Part shown: piece by piece, positions 26,975 through 36,809 of the stretch | How the letters are laid out: every line of letters begins with the position of its first letter | Numbering within the stretch: the stretch's first letter is position 1 | Assembly (NCBI GenBank): GCA_963664405.1 | Contig: OY761158.1 | Span: forward strand, 5,824,001 to 5,888,000 | Source of the DNA: Thermoanaerobaculia bacterium | Lineage (GTDB): Bacteria > Acidobacteriota > Thermoanaerobaculia > Multivoradales > Multivoraceae | Direction: 5' to 3' | DNA: 64,000 nt | Position numbers and translations under genes: made by a program | Notes under the pieces: model-generated | Told to the model about the DNA's origin: nothing | Database searches by the model: none | Seen by the model: the letters and a program-made list of their open reading frames with translations, nothing else

Positions 26975-29403
26975 GCTCGGCGGGACGAGGAATCCGCTGG
27001 GTGTCCCTGATGCCCGGTTGTGGGTACGGTGATGCGGCAGCGCTATACCTCTCTGGTCTCGACCGGCTCGGAGTTCCCATCAGCTGGACACCGATCTCAC
27101 GCGGGCTCGAGACTGTCGGCGCGAGAGATCGCCTGCCGGGATCGAGCCCTGTTGTCGACGAACGCATGGTGGATCTGTGGCAGAAGCCGATAGTGGCGGA
27201 CACTCTAGTGATCGACGTTCCTCCCCCGAAGCTCCACAAGCACTGGCTTGCGAAATACCCCGATCTGACGCCCTACGCATACGTAGCCTGGGAGATGGAC
27301 CGGCTCCCTCGCGGATGGGCCCGGGTTCTCAATCGCTTCGAGAGCATCTTTGTTCCGTCGGAGTTCAACCGCAGCGTGATGAGAGAGTGTGGGATCGATC
27401 GCCCGATCGACGTCATCCCGCACATCGCCCGACGGGTCGAGCCGGTGGCGACACCGAGACTGCTCAGCACTCTCGCCGATGATGACTTCGTCTTCTACAC
27501 GATTGGAACGTGGACCGATCGCAAGGCGATGGCGGAAACAGTACGGGCTTACCTGGAGACGTTTCGTGGCGACGAGCGTGTCGTTCTGGTGGTCAAGACC
27601 GATTCGGTCGACAGGACTCAGCGGAGTGGATCGAGTGTCTGGCGGCGTAACAGCTCTGCGTCTCGGTCGAGGATGGTCTGGTGGACGCTGGCGCGGCTCC
27701 TGGCCGAGTATCCGGGGGCCGGCAGAGTGCATCTCGTCGCGGGGGAAGTGAGCCCTCGCACCATCGACGGGATCCACAGCCGAGGCGATTGCTTTTTGTC
27801 CCTCACCCGCAGCGAAGGGTGGGGCCTGGGTCCTTTCGAGGCCCTGCTGTTCGGCAATCCGGCAATTGTGACGGGTTGGGGCGGGCAGATGGACTACCTG
27901 GGTTCGGACTATCCTCTCGCGCTTCGCTATCAGCTCGAGGATGCGCCGGCCGACGAGTACGATCGAGGAGTCCCTGCGCCGCGTTGGGCGCGAGCCGATC
28001 GCGGGCACGCCGGCGAGCTGCTGCGATGGGTCTTCGAGCATCGAGCCGAGGCTCGAGCTGATGCTGACTCCCTGCGCCGGTCGCTGTCGACGACCTATTC
28101 GGCCGATGCCGTCTGTCGGGAGCTCGCTCGGGGACTGGGCTTTCCGACAGGGACACTCACCGATGGCAACCCGCCAATCTCGTGGGATCGATACCAACCC
28201 GTCTCTGTCGACGCTGCTGTCGATGACTTGATGGATGCCTGCAGTAAGTATCTCGCGGGCGAAAGGGCCAAGGTGACCCGCGTTTGGAAAGGCGATCCAA
28301 AGCGCATCGCCGAGTTGGCGTCGGCTCATCGCCTACAGCCCTTGTTGAGCTCGCTGGTGCGGAGCGGGCGGCTGGAGCAGAATCTCCCACAGGATCTGCT
28401 CGACGACTGGTTCGGCGCCTACTGTTTGACGGCGTTGCGAAACGGCCGCTTGTTGCAGGTGCTTGGCGAGCTCACCGCGCGCTGCCACGCCGCGGGTCTT
28501 CGACCCCTCGCCCTGAAGGGGCCGGTAGACATCGCTCGCGGCTACCGCGACCCGGGGCTTCGTCCCATGGTCGATCTCGATATTCTCTGCCGGGCCCTCG
28601 AAGTGGAGCCCGTGCTCGGTCATTGCTACGATCTCGGGTTTCGCTACAAACGTCAGACAACTCCCTTTCATGTCGAGCTTTGCCATCCCGACAACGACGC
28701 CACAGTAGAAGTCCATTTCGACCTCTGGGAAGAGGTCGCGAATCGAGAGCGTTTTCTCGAGGAGCTGTGGCGCGACGCCGAAAGTTGCGAGGTCGCCGGT
28801 GTTTGTTTCGAGGCCCCATCGGCCGCGTGCTCCCTAGTTCTCGGCGTCGCGCACCTTGTGCATCACGACTTCCTGATCGGCATGAAGCCCATCCTCGATT
28901 TCGCCCTCCTGCTCACCAAGAGCCCTGCAACGGATGGAGACCGTGTCCTCTCCATGGCTAGACTCGGTGATCTCCACAAAGAGTTAGGCAGTCTCAGTAG
29001 GGCGCTCATTCGGGACCTCGCCTGGAGCTCCACAGAGCCGCCCTGGCTCGAGTCGGGCTTGATCGCCGGCGAAGAGGGCCTCGACCGGACCCTTGCCATC
29101 CAACTCCTTGCTCACTGGCGCCGGCTGCCCGAGTGGGCTGGCCCCGGCGCCTTCGACGAGATCGCGACCCGGCCCGGTCTCGTCGGCAAGCTCGGCTTCG
29201 CGCGCCGTGTACTTTTACCGCCACCAAGAGAGTTCCGACTTGCTTCGAGAGAGAGAGGTGCCGCGGGCGCTCGTCTCAAGCACGTCGCGGCGGCGGTGGC
29301 GGCTGTGGTAGACGCAGCGTTGCATCGCAGCTGGCGCGCGCGTAGGCGGGGCGGCTCACTGAAGCGCGAGCTTCATCATCGCCGGGCCGCCAGGCGAGAG
29401 TGA
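26971..29403 (+). CDS. GT4 glycosyltransferase fused to a nucleotidyltransferase (NTP_transf_5-like) domain
   Basis: GTG overlapping the upstream TGA; N-half GYG, WEMDRLP, VPSEFN, RKA, RSEGWGLGPFEA; C-half LALKGP...YRDPGLRPMVDLDILC...VEVHFDL. Confidence 0.85.
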   Translation: MSSAGRGIRWVSLMPGCGYGDAAALYLSGLDRLGVPISWTPISRGLETVGARDRLPGSSPVVDERMVDLWQKPIVADTLVIDVPPPKLHKHWLAKYPDLTPYAYVAWEMDRLPRGWARVLNRFESIFVPSEFNRSVMRECGIDRPIDVIPHIARRVEPVATPRLLSTLADDDFVFYTIGTWTDRKAMAETVRAYLETFRGDERVVLVVKTDSVDRTQRSGSSVWRRNSSASRSRMVWWTLARLLAEYPGAGRVHLVAGEVSPRTIDGIHSRGDCFLSLTRSEGWGLGPFEALLFGNPAIVTGWGGQMDYLGSDYPLALRYQLEDAPADEYDRGVPAPRWARADRGHAGELLRWVFEHRAEARADADSLRRSLSTTYSADAVCRELARGLGFPTGTLTDGNPPISWDRYQPVSVDAAVDDLMDACSKYLAGERAKVTRVWKGDPKRIAELASAHRLQPLLSSLVRSGRLEQNLPQDLLDDWFGAYCLTALRNGRLLQVLGELTARCHAAGLRPLALKGPVDIARGYRDPGLRPMVDLDILCRALEVEPVLGHCYDLGFRYKRQTTPFHVELCHPDNDATVEVHFDLWEEVANRERFLEELWRDAESCEVAGVCFEAPSAACSLVLGVAHLVHHDFLIGMKPILDFALLLTKSPATDGDRVLSMARLGDLHKELGSLSRALIRDLAWSSTEPPWLESGLIAGEEGLDRTLAIQLLAHWRRLPEWAGPGAFDEIATRPGLVGKLGFARRVLLPPPREFRLASRERGAAGARLKHVAAAVAAVVDAALHRSWRARRRGGSLKRELHHRRAARRE

Positions 29404-29410
29404 CAGATCG

Positions 29411-30481
29411 CTACCGGCCCGAGTCAGGAGTGGCTCGCACTTGATTCTCTTCGAAACGGGCGCCACGCAGAGTGTTGCCCATAGAGTAGTTTCCTTCGTG
29501 GCATGCGTACTCGTACATCTTGTCTGGAGTCGCCGGCCAGCTGTATTCGCCGCTGTAGGGCGTCTCGTAGTCGCCGTTTTCGAGCGTGAACTGGTACAAC
29601 AGCGTGTCCTCGTCGGTGAGGGTCAAGCGCTCGACGACGCGCTGATCGCGAGGTGGGGAGGGCTCGCCGAAGAGAGTGGTGGCCAGCCACTCTTCTTCGA
29701 GAAAGTTTGTGGTTTCGACGACCAAAGTGTCGCCCTCCCACCAGCCGATCGAGTCTCCGCCTCGCGAAAGCAGCCCCGGCGGTCTGTGCTCGGGCTTGGC
29801 CGATGGAGTGCCCAAGCGAATGATCCGCGCCTCGTGCATCCACTCGACCAGGATCATGACGTAGCTCTCCGTTTGCATGATGGTCTTGATGTTGTTGTAG
29901 TTCTTGGGCAGCACCGGGATCGTCGCCTCTAGCGAAAAGATGCAGCGATCGGCGATCGACAGCGACTCGGGCCCGTCATAAGGGCCGACTTCGCGGTCGA
30001 GCCACCAAGCCGTACCGGTGTTTTTCTTGGAGAAGGGATAGAGACCGCCTCTGCGCTCTCGGCCCCTCTCGGTGAGTGGCGGAAAGCGACCGTTGGGTGG
30101 ATCGGTGATGAGAGAGGTCCGGAACCTGCCATCTACGGCAACGGCCTGGGTGCCTCGGTCCATGTAGAAGTCGTTGTAGGCGCCTATGCTGCCACCAGCG
30201 GGGGGTGCCTGGCGATTCGGATCGCTGGCTTTCGCACGCTGCGCGCTCCTGGTGGCTGCGCTCTGCTGGATCTCCTCAGCCTCGGCTGGCGTCAGGAAGA
30301 GTCGATTCCCGTACTCGGGAAGCCTCTGCATCGGTGTCAGGGTGCCGATGTCGTAATTTCCCGAGAGGTTGGGTCTGCCCTGGAGCGTTCTCGGGATGTC
30401 GCCTGCCGATGCAATCTCGAGCGGGCAGATTACGAACATGAATACGAAACCAAGTAGCCAGCGAGTTGCGCTGTCGTTCAT
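29411..30481 (-). CDS. Secreted hypothetical protein (YACHEGN family), copy 3
   Basis: PNLSGNYD, RTSLITDPPNGRFPPLT, GDSIGWWEGDTLVVETTNF, YEYACHEGNY; closest to 6357-7478. Confidence 0.82.
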   Translation of the reverse strand: MNDSATRWLLGFVFMFVICPLEIASAGDIPRTLQGRPNLSGNYDIGTLTPMQRLPEYGNRLFLTPAEAEEIQQSAATRSAQRAKASDPNRQAPPAGGSIGAYNDFYMDRGTQAVAVDGRFRTSLITDPPNGRFPPLTERGRERRGGLYPFSKKNTGTAWWLDREVGPYDGPESLSIADRCIFSLEATIPVLPKNYNNIKTIMQTESYVMILVEWMHEARIIRLGTPSAKPEHRPPGLLSRGGDSIGWWEGDTLVVETTNFLEEEWLATTLFGEPSPPRDQRVVERLTLTDEDTLLYQFTLENGDYETPYSGEYSWPATPDKMYEYACHEGNYSMGNTLRGARFEENQVRATPDSGR

Positions 30482-30588
30482 GAGGCCTCCAGCGTTTTCC
30501 GAAAGTCGAGGCGTGGCCGTGTGCGTTCTCGCGATTCTATCTCTCCGCTGGGGGTGGAGGGGCGCGAGTCCGGTACGATTGAATAAAG

Positions 30589-31247
30589 ATGCCCGAGCCC
30601 CTAGAGATCGACGTCTACTGGTCCTTCCGCAGTCCCTGGTCCTATCTCGCGACGCCGCGGCTTGCCGAGTGGCAGCGCCGCTACGATCTTCAGGTCCGCT
30701 TTCGGCCGGTTTACCCGATCGCGATCCGTACGCCTGAGTTCTTTGGATCGGTGGACCCTCTGTGGTTCTCCTACTTCGTCCAGGACGTCGTCCGTGTCGC
30801 CAAGTTTCTCGATCTGAGCTTCGCCCGACCCAGCCCTGACCCGGTAGTAGAGGAGCAGCGGGACGGCGAACGCTTCTTTCCCGCCGAGCAGCCCCATATC
30901 CATCGCCTGACGCGTTTGGGCGTACTGGCTGAGGAGCGTAGTCACGGTATCGACTTCGCGGACAGCGTGTCCCGTTGATCTGGGGTGGAACTGAGGGCTG
31001 GAACGAGGGTAAGCAAGAGGCGGCGGCTCGAGCCGGTCTCGATCTTGCGGAGATCGATGCGGCTGCGGTGGCCGAGTGCGAACGTCTCGCCGCGGTGATC
31101 GAGGGAAACCAAGCGGATCATCGGGCTGCCGGTCATTGGGGTGTACCCACCTGTGCTTTCCGGTGTGAGCCCTTCTTTGGTCAGGACCGGCTCGACGTCC
31201 TGCTTTGGCGGCTGAAGAAATGCGGGCTCAGGGAGCGCGTGGGCTAG
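30589..31247 (+). pseudogene. 2-hydroxychromene-2-carboxylate isomerase / DsbA family, frameshifted at ~30975
   Basis: YWSFRSPWSYL at the N-terminus and GHWGVPT...EPFFGQDRL at the C-terminus; one missing T in cgt-(t)tg-atc. Confidence 0.8.
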
Positions 31248-31352
31248 GCTCTCTGTGCGCAGAATCGCCACTTCTCCGAGAGCGCCGTGCTCCCCCAGGG
31301 CAGCTCCATCTTGCGCATAGTCGTTCACGTCGTGAGGGGAGGAGGGGAGCAC

Positions 31353-31750
31353 GTGCCGAGCAACATCCGCATCCGTCAGATCTGCATGGTCGCCCACGAC
31401 CTCGAGCGTGTCCGCGGCCAGTTTGAGTTTGTTTTGGCGTCGAGGTCTGCTACCACGCCCCGGGGGGCCTTGGTTTCACGACTGCTTGATCCCGATCGGG
31501 AACCAGTTTCTCGAGATCGTCTCGCCGAAGCAGCACGACACTGCAGCCGGCCGGTACCTTGAAGTCTCGTGGCGGAGAAGGAGGTGCCATGGTGATCATT
31601 CAGGTCTCGGCGGCCTGCGATCACGCCCTTCGAAGGCGGATCGAAGCCAGGGGCGTGCCCATCGTGTCCGCGAGTCTGGCGGCCAGCACACTGGCGATGG
31701 TTTTCGTCTGATCCTCGTGACGTACCGGGTGCCATTCCCGAAGTTCAGTC
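31353..31750 (+). pseudogene. Degraded VOC/glyoxalase-like gene
   Basis: Strong RBS then MPSNIRIRQICMVAHDL; fragments IPIGNQFLEIVSP, TAAGRYL and GGEGGAMVIIQV lie in different frames. Confidence 0.6.
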
Positions 31751-31886
31751 TCTAGTCCACCCACGCCGAGGTCCCACCCGATTAGTCGGAGGAAGCCCCG
31801 GAGAAGGTGGCTCAAGAAGTCGAGCGTTCTACGCAAGGGCCTAGTCCTCACTTACGTCTATTGATGTCAGGAGGAATTGCAAAGAA

Positions 31887-32822
31887 GTGCGGAAACCCAG
31901 AGGACTGGTCGCAAACCGCCTGGTGGAGATTACCTGCCGGACACAGCAGGGACGCTTTCTCCTGTGCCCCTCGCCGGAGGTGAATCGGATCATCCTCGGC
32001 GTCATAGGTCGCGCTCAGCGTCGCATGGGAATGACGATATGCGGGCTCGCCGTTCTCTCGAACCACTACCACATGCTGGTGATTCCCGAGAGCACGGAGC
32101 ATCTGAGCGACTTCATGGAGTTCGTGAACGGTAACATCGCTCGCAAGGTCGGTGTGCTTCACGGCTGGTCGGGGAAGTTCTGGAGCAAGCCCTACAGTCA
32201 CATCATAGTTTCGGATGAGGAGGAGGCCCAGATCGGGCGTCTTTACTACCTTCTCTCTCACGGAGCGAAGGAGGGTTTGGTCCGCGACCCCAGGGACTGG
32301 CCCGGTGTTCATTGTGCAGGTCATCTCCGACGCGGCTACTCGGAAATGTTGGGCGGGGAGTGGCACGACGAGACTCAAGAGTACAACGCTCGTCGTAGAG
32401 GTAAAGAGCTGAATCTAGGCGACTTTCTGTACGAGGAGTCGGTCGTGTTGACGCCTCTTCCCTGCGCGAAGGATTGGAGCTTCAGGAAGAAGATCGAGTT
32501 GGTCCGGGGTCAGCTACGAGAGATCAGTGGGGTGGTCCGGCAGCGGATTGAGGAAACCGGGAGGCCTCCGTTGGGAGTGAAGAAGATTCTGCGGCAGGAT
32601 CCCCACTTCCGGCCGGAGAAGCTGAGCAAGTCGCCGGCTCCCGCCTTTCACGCGGCCTCGAGAGAGCACTACGAGAAGCTCCGAGAGATGTATCGGGACT
32701 TTGTCAATGCTTACCGTGAGGCTGCGGAGAAGCTCAAAGAGGGAGTGCTGGATGCGGTATTCCCGCCGGGTTGTTTCCCTCCCGGACTACCTTACGTGCC
32801 CGAGGTGCGGGCCGGACCCTAG
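31887..32822 (+). mobile_element. Y1 HUH transposase (IS200-like / REP-associated RAYT-like)
   Basis: ITCRT, VLSNHYHMLV (HUH), FWSKPY, YLLSHGAKEGLV...DWPG. Confidence 0.82.
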
Positions 32823-33165
32823 CGGCGGGATTCGACCGCAGAATCGACGAACCTGGCGAGCTCCCTTTCGGAAATTGAGCGGCGGTTGAGGGACCGGTTC
32901 GTCAAGCAGTCGCCGTTCGAGTTCTTCGTCAACCCATCACCCGCGCTGCGTTTTCAGGATGGCCTGGTTGGGGTACTCAGAGGCTTCGTTCTCATGTCTT
33001 GAGCCGCACTTCGCGAGAGGTGTGACATGGAGAAGGGCGTCTCTGAGAGTCTTTCTTCGAAGTGGGTGAGACTCTCTCGGTCCGGACTCTCTCGGTCCGT
33101 GGAGGAGGGCGTAGTAGCGTGGTGGTTGGACTGAGCGTAGTTCTGAAAGCACGGGGCGCTTCCTT

Positions 33166-33189
33166 TCGAGGCCAGGATCCTGGCCTCGA
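33166..33189. repeat. Perfect 24-bp palindrome downstream of the transposase
   Basis: TCGAGGCCAGGATCCTGGCCTCGA equals its own reverse complement. Confidence 0.85.
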
Positions 33190-33275
33190 GTTGTGGGGGA
33201 GCATGCTATCCACAACAGTCAGAAAGGGTTGCCGAGCGGCAGGGCGCGTGCAGGGAAGGTGGCGAGAGGAGTCTG

Positions 33276-34055
33276 ATGAACATTGAAGGCAAGGTAGCGG
33301 TGGTGACCGGCGGTGCCAGCGGGATCGGGAGGTCGCTGTGTCGCCTCCTCGACGCCAAGGGAGCGCGCGGGGTGGTTGTTGCAGACTTGAACGGGGAAGG
33401 AGCGGCGCTGGTCGCAGGCGAAGTCGGCGGGCTCGCCGTGATCTGTGACATCGGCAGGGAAGAGGAGTGTAGGAAGCTCGTAGACGAGGCTATGGCTCTG
33501 TACGGCCGGATCGACCGCTTCTTCTCCAATGCCGGGATCGGCAGCGGCGGAGATCCCATCGATACACCTCTTGAAGTCTGGCAGCAGCAATGGGACGTCA
33601 ATCTGATGGCCCACGTACACGCCGTGCACACAGTTCTACCCGACAGGCTCGAGCGCGGCGACGGCTATCTCATTCACACCTCGTCGATGGCCGGCATCTT
33701 GTCGACCCACGGCAACGTGCACTACGCCGTCTCCAAGCACGCCGTCGTTGGCCTTGCCGAATGGCTTGCTTTCACCTACGCCCACCGCGGTATCAAAGTG
33801 TCCTGCCTCTGTCCGCTCGGTGTTCGCACCCCCATGCTCCCCGATCCCACCGGTGCCTGGGCCCAGGCGGCCGCGGGCAACGTGCGCGAGCCCGAAGAGG
33901 TGGCCGAGATGGTGGTCGACGCGATCGAAGAAGAGAGGTTCCTCATCCTCACGGACTCCATAGCCCAAGAGTGGATGGAAGGGAAGACCGCGGACCCTGA
34001 CCGATGGCTTCGCGGTATGAATCGGCTGCAACAGCGTATGGAAGAGGTCGAGTAG
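33276..34055 (+). CDS. Short-chain dehydrogenase/reductase
   Basis: TGGASGIG, NAGIG, YAVSK. Confidence 0.92.
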   Translation: MNIEGKVAVVTGGASGIGRSLCRLLDAKGARGVVVADLNGEGAALVAGEVGGLAVICDIGREEECRKLVDEAMALYGRIDRFFSNAGIGSGGDPIDTPLEVWQQQWDVNLMAHVHAVHTVLPDRLERGDGYLIHTSSMAGILSTHGNVHYAVSKHAVVGLAEWLAFTYAHRGIKVSCLCPLGVRTPMLPDPTGAWAQAAAGNVREPEEVAEMVVDAIEEERFLILTDSIAQEWMEGKTADPDRWLRGMNRLQQRMEEVE

Positions 34056-34159
34056 AGGTCGGCACCAGAGGCCTCCTCCTCGAAGAGTTTTCGAGATACT
34101 CTCCATGTCCACCGACCTATTGACGGAAGCTGGTATTTGAAGAAGGAGTCAAGGAAGAA

Positions 34160-34942
34160 ATGAAATCAACAAAGGAACTATTCGATCTCAGCGGCAAGGT
34201 AGCGCTTCTTACCGGCGCCTCGAAGGGCATGGGCAGAGCGATGGCCGAGGGTTTGGCCGAGCAGGGCGCCAAAGTGGTGGTTTCTAGCCGCAAACTGGAT
34301 CAGTGTGAAATCGCAGCCGAAGAGATCAACGCCATATGCGGCGAAGGGTCGGCGATCGCTCTCGCATGCAACATCGGCGACAAAGAGCAGCTGCAGGCGC
34401 TCGTCGATGGTACTCACGAAAAGCTCGGCCCGATCGACATCTTGATCGGCAACGCAGGGGTCAATCCTTTCTACGGGCCGATGTCCGAGATCCCCGACTG
34501 GGCCTTCGACAAAATCATGGGCAGCAATGTGAGATCGAACCACTGGCTGTGTCAGATGGTTGCTCCCGACATGATCGAAAAGGGTTCGGGCTCGATGATG
34601 ATCACCGCCAGCACGGGTGCCTTCAACGCGTCGCTCACCCTCGGCACGTACAGCATCTCCAAGCTCGCCGACATCGCTCTGGTGAGGAACCTGGCCGCCG
34701 AGTTGGGCCCTCATGGTGTTCGCGTCAACGCCATTTGCCCTGGCTTGATCAAGACCGACTTTGCCAAGGCGCTCTGGGACAACCCCGAGGCGAAGGCCCG
34801 TGCCGAAACACAGATTCCGCTGAGGCGGCTGGGGGAGTCCGAAGATTTCAAGGGAGTGGTTGTTTTTCTCGCCTCCGAGGCCAGCTCGTTCATGACCGGT
34901 CAGGCGATCACCGTCTGCGGCGGCGCCAATATGTGGAGCTGA
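34160..34942 (+). CDS. Short-chain dehydrogenase/reductase (DHRS4-like)
   Basis: TGASKGMG, NAGVNP, YSISK, VNAICPGLIKTDFAKALW. Confidence 0.92.
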   Translation: MKSTKELFDLSGKVALLTGASKGMGRAMAEGLAEQGAKVVVSSRKLDQCEIAAEEINAICGEGSAIALACNIGDKEQLQALVDGTHEKLGPIDILIGNAGVNPFYGPMSEIPDWAFDKIMGSNVRSNHWLCQMVAPDMIEKGSGSMMITASTGAFNASLTLGTYSISKLADIALVRNLAAELGPHGVRVNAICPGLIKTDFAKALWDNPEAKARAETQIPLRRLGESEDFKGVVVFLASEASSFMTGQAITVCGGANMWS

Positions 34943-34945
34943 TTC

Positions 34946-36421
34946 GTGCGGCGAGGCCCCTTCTGTGTTGTAGCGGCGCTACTCGCTTGCGCCGTGGCAG
35001 CCGGGGCCCAGCGCCCCTCCGCCGGGCGCCCCAATGCTGGGCGCCCCAACGTAGTCTTGATGATCGCCGATGATCAGACCTGGACGGATTCGGGCGCCTA
35101 CGGCAACTCGGACGTACCGACGCCGAATATCGACCGGCTGGCACGTGAGGGGATGCTTTTCACTCACGCTTTTACCAGCACGGCGATGTGCTCGCCCACC
35201 CGGCAGCAGTTGTATTCGGGGATCTACCCGGTGCGCAGCGGTGCGTACCCCAATCACAGCTTCGTTCTCGATGGCACGAAGAGTCTGGTGCACCACTTCC
35301 AGGCCCTCGGCTATCGAGTCGGCCTGACCGGCAAGACCCACTTCGGGCCGCCTGAGTCTTTCCCCTTCGAGGTGGTTAGCGATGCGATCGTCGAAGGCCC
35401 AACCTCGGTTTCGGCGCCCAGAAACGTGGCCGACGTCGATCTCGAGGCGGCGCGCGCGTTCATCATGGGTGACGAGAGTGAGCCCTTCTTCCTGGTCATG
35501 GCATCTCACGACCCTCACTCGCCCTGTCCCCAGGGCGACGCCTCCCAGTTCGATCGGGCAAAGCTCACGGTGCCTCCGTACCTCGTCGACACCCCGGAGA
35601 TGCGCGAGACCCTTGCTCGGTACTACGCCGAGATCACCCATCTCGACACACAGATCGGCGCCGTGCTGACCGCTCTCGATGCGGCGGGGGTCGCTCGTGA
35701 GACCATCGTCATCTATACCAGCGAGCAGGGCGCGTCGTTTCCCTTCGGCAAGTGGACCTTGTATGACGCCGGTCTTCGTACCGCGCTGATCGTGCGCTGG
35801 CCGGGGCATATTCGAGCGGGCTCTCGCAGCGACGCGCTGGTGCAGTATGTCGATGTCGTGCCCACGCTCCTCGCTGCGGCGGGTAGCGGGGCGGTCGCCG
35901 GTCTCGACGGCAAGAGCTTTCTGCCGGTGCTCAGCGGCGATACGACCGAGCATCGGGATTACGTATACGGCGTCCATACCAACCGCGGCATCATCTATGG
36001 TAACGACTATCCGATCCGCTCGGTGCGCGATCGGCGCTACAAGCTGATCTGGAATCTCAGACCCGATGTGGTCTACCGAAACGTCATCACGGTCGCACCG
36101 AGTAACAGCGTGCTCGCTTCTTGGCAGAAGAAGGCCGAGGCCGGCGACGCCCAGGCAAGGGCGCGTCACGATGCCTATCTACAGCGCCCTGAGTGGGAGC
36201 TCTATGACCTGCAGATCGATCCGGTGGAGACCCCCGAGAACCTGGTTGACGAGCCTTCCATGGCAGGAGAGCGAAGGCGCCTGCAGGTGGAGCTCGAAGC
36301 TTGGATGGAGCAGCAGGGCGATAGGGGGTCAGGTACCGAGAGCGAGGCCACTGAGCATATGAACCCTGTGATGCTCGACCGCATCGTCGCGGGATTCGGG
36401 GAGGCGGCGCGTCCCGAGTGA
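34946..36421 (+). CDS. Sulfatase (sulfamidase-like), exported
   Basis: PNVVLMIADD, CSPTR, GKTH, DPH, K-WTLYDAGLR. Confidence 0.9.
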   Translation: MRRGPFCVVAALLACAVAAGAQRPSAGRPNAGRPNVVLMIADDQTWTDSGAYGNSDVPTPNIDRLAREGMLFTHAFTSTAMCSPTRQQLYSGIYPVRSGAYPNHSFVLDGTKSLVHHFQALGYRVGLTGKTHFGPPESFPFEVVSDAIVEGPTSVSAPRNVADVDLEAARAFIMGDESEPFFLVMASHDPHSPCPQGDASQFDRAKLTVPPYLVDTPEMRETLARYYAEITHLDTQIGAVLTALDAAGVARETIVIYTSEQGASFPFGKWTLYDAGLRTALIVRWPGHIRAGSRSDALVQYVDVVPTLLAAAGSGAVAGLDGKSFLPVLSGDTTEHRDYVYGVHTNRGIIYGNDYPIRSVRDRRYKLIWNLRPDVVYRNVITVAPSNSVLASWQKKAEAGDAQARARHDAYLQRPEWELYDLQIDPVETPENLVDEPSMAGERRRLQVELEAWMEQQGDRGSGTESEATEHMNPVMLDRIVAGFGEAARPE

Positions 36422-36459
36422 CACACAGAACACTGGCTCTGGTCTTGGTGTTTGGCTGT

Positions 36460-36787
36460 GGGTGCTTTCAACGCGTCGCTGACCCTGGGCACCTACAGCA
36501 TTTCCAAGCTCGCCGACATCGCCCTGGTGTGAAATCTCGCCTCCGAGCTCGGCCCGCATGGCATTCGCGTCAACGCCGTCTGTCCGGGCCTGATCAAGAC
36601 TGACTTCGCCAAGGCGCTATGGGACAATCCCGAAGCCAAGGCTCGTGCCGAAACACAGATCCCGCTGCGGCGCCTGGGAGAGTGTGAAGATTTCAAGGGC
36701 GTGGCCGTCTACCTCGCCTCAGAGGCGAGCTCTTTCATGACCGGTCAGGCCGTCACCGTGTGCGGCGGCGCCAATATGTGGAGTTGA
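36460..36787 (+). pseudogene. Diverged copy of the 3' part of SDR 34160-34942
   Basis: Colinear with 34615-34942 (GAFNASLTLGTYSISK...GGANMWS*); in-frame TGA at 36530 where the intact gene has Arg. Confidence 0.85.
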
Positions 36788-36809
36788 TTCGCCCGCCGAG
36801 GCTTCTTGG

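Noticed and set aside
22302-29403. Standard lasso peptide or glycocin cluster
   Set aside because: No lasso cyclase or B2 protease; the putative core has no Asp/Glu for a macrolactam and no Cys; no double-Gly leader or peptidase transporter.
36530-36532. In-frame TGA in the SDR fragment as a second selenocysteine
   Set aside because: Aligns to Arg in the intact paralog and the fragment lacks its N-terminal half; a nonsense mutation.
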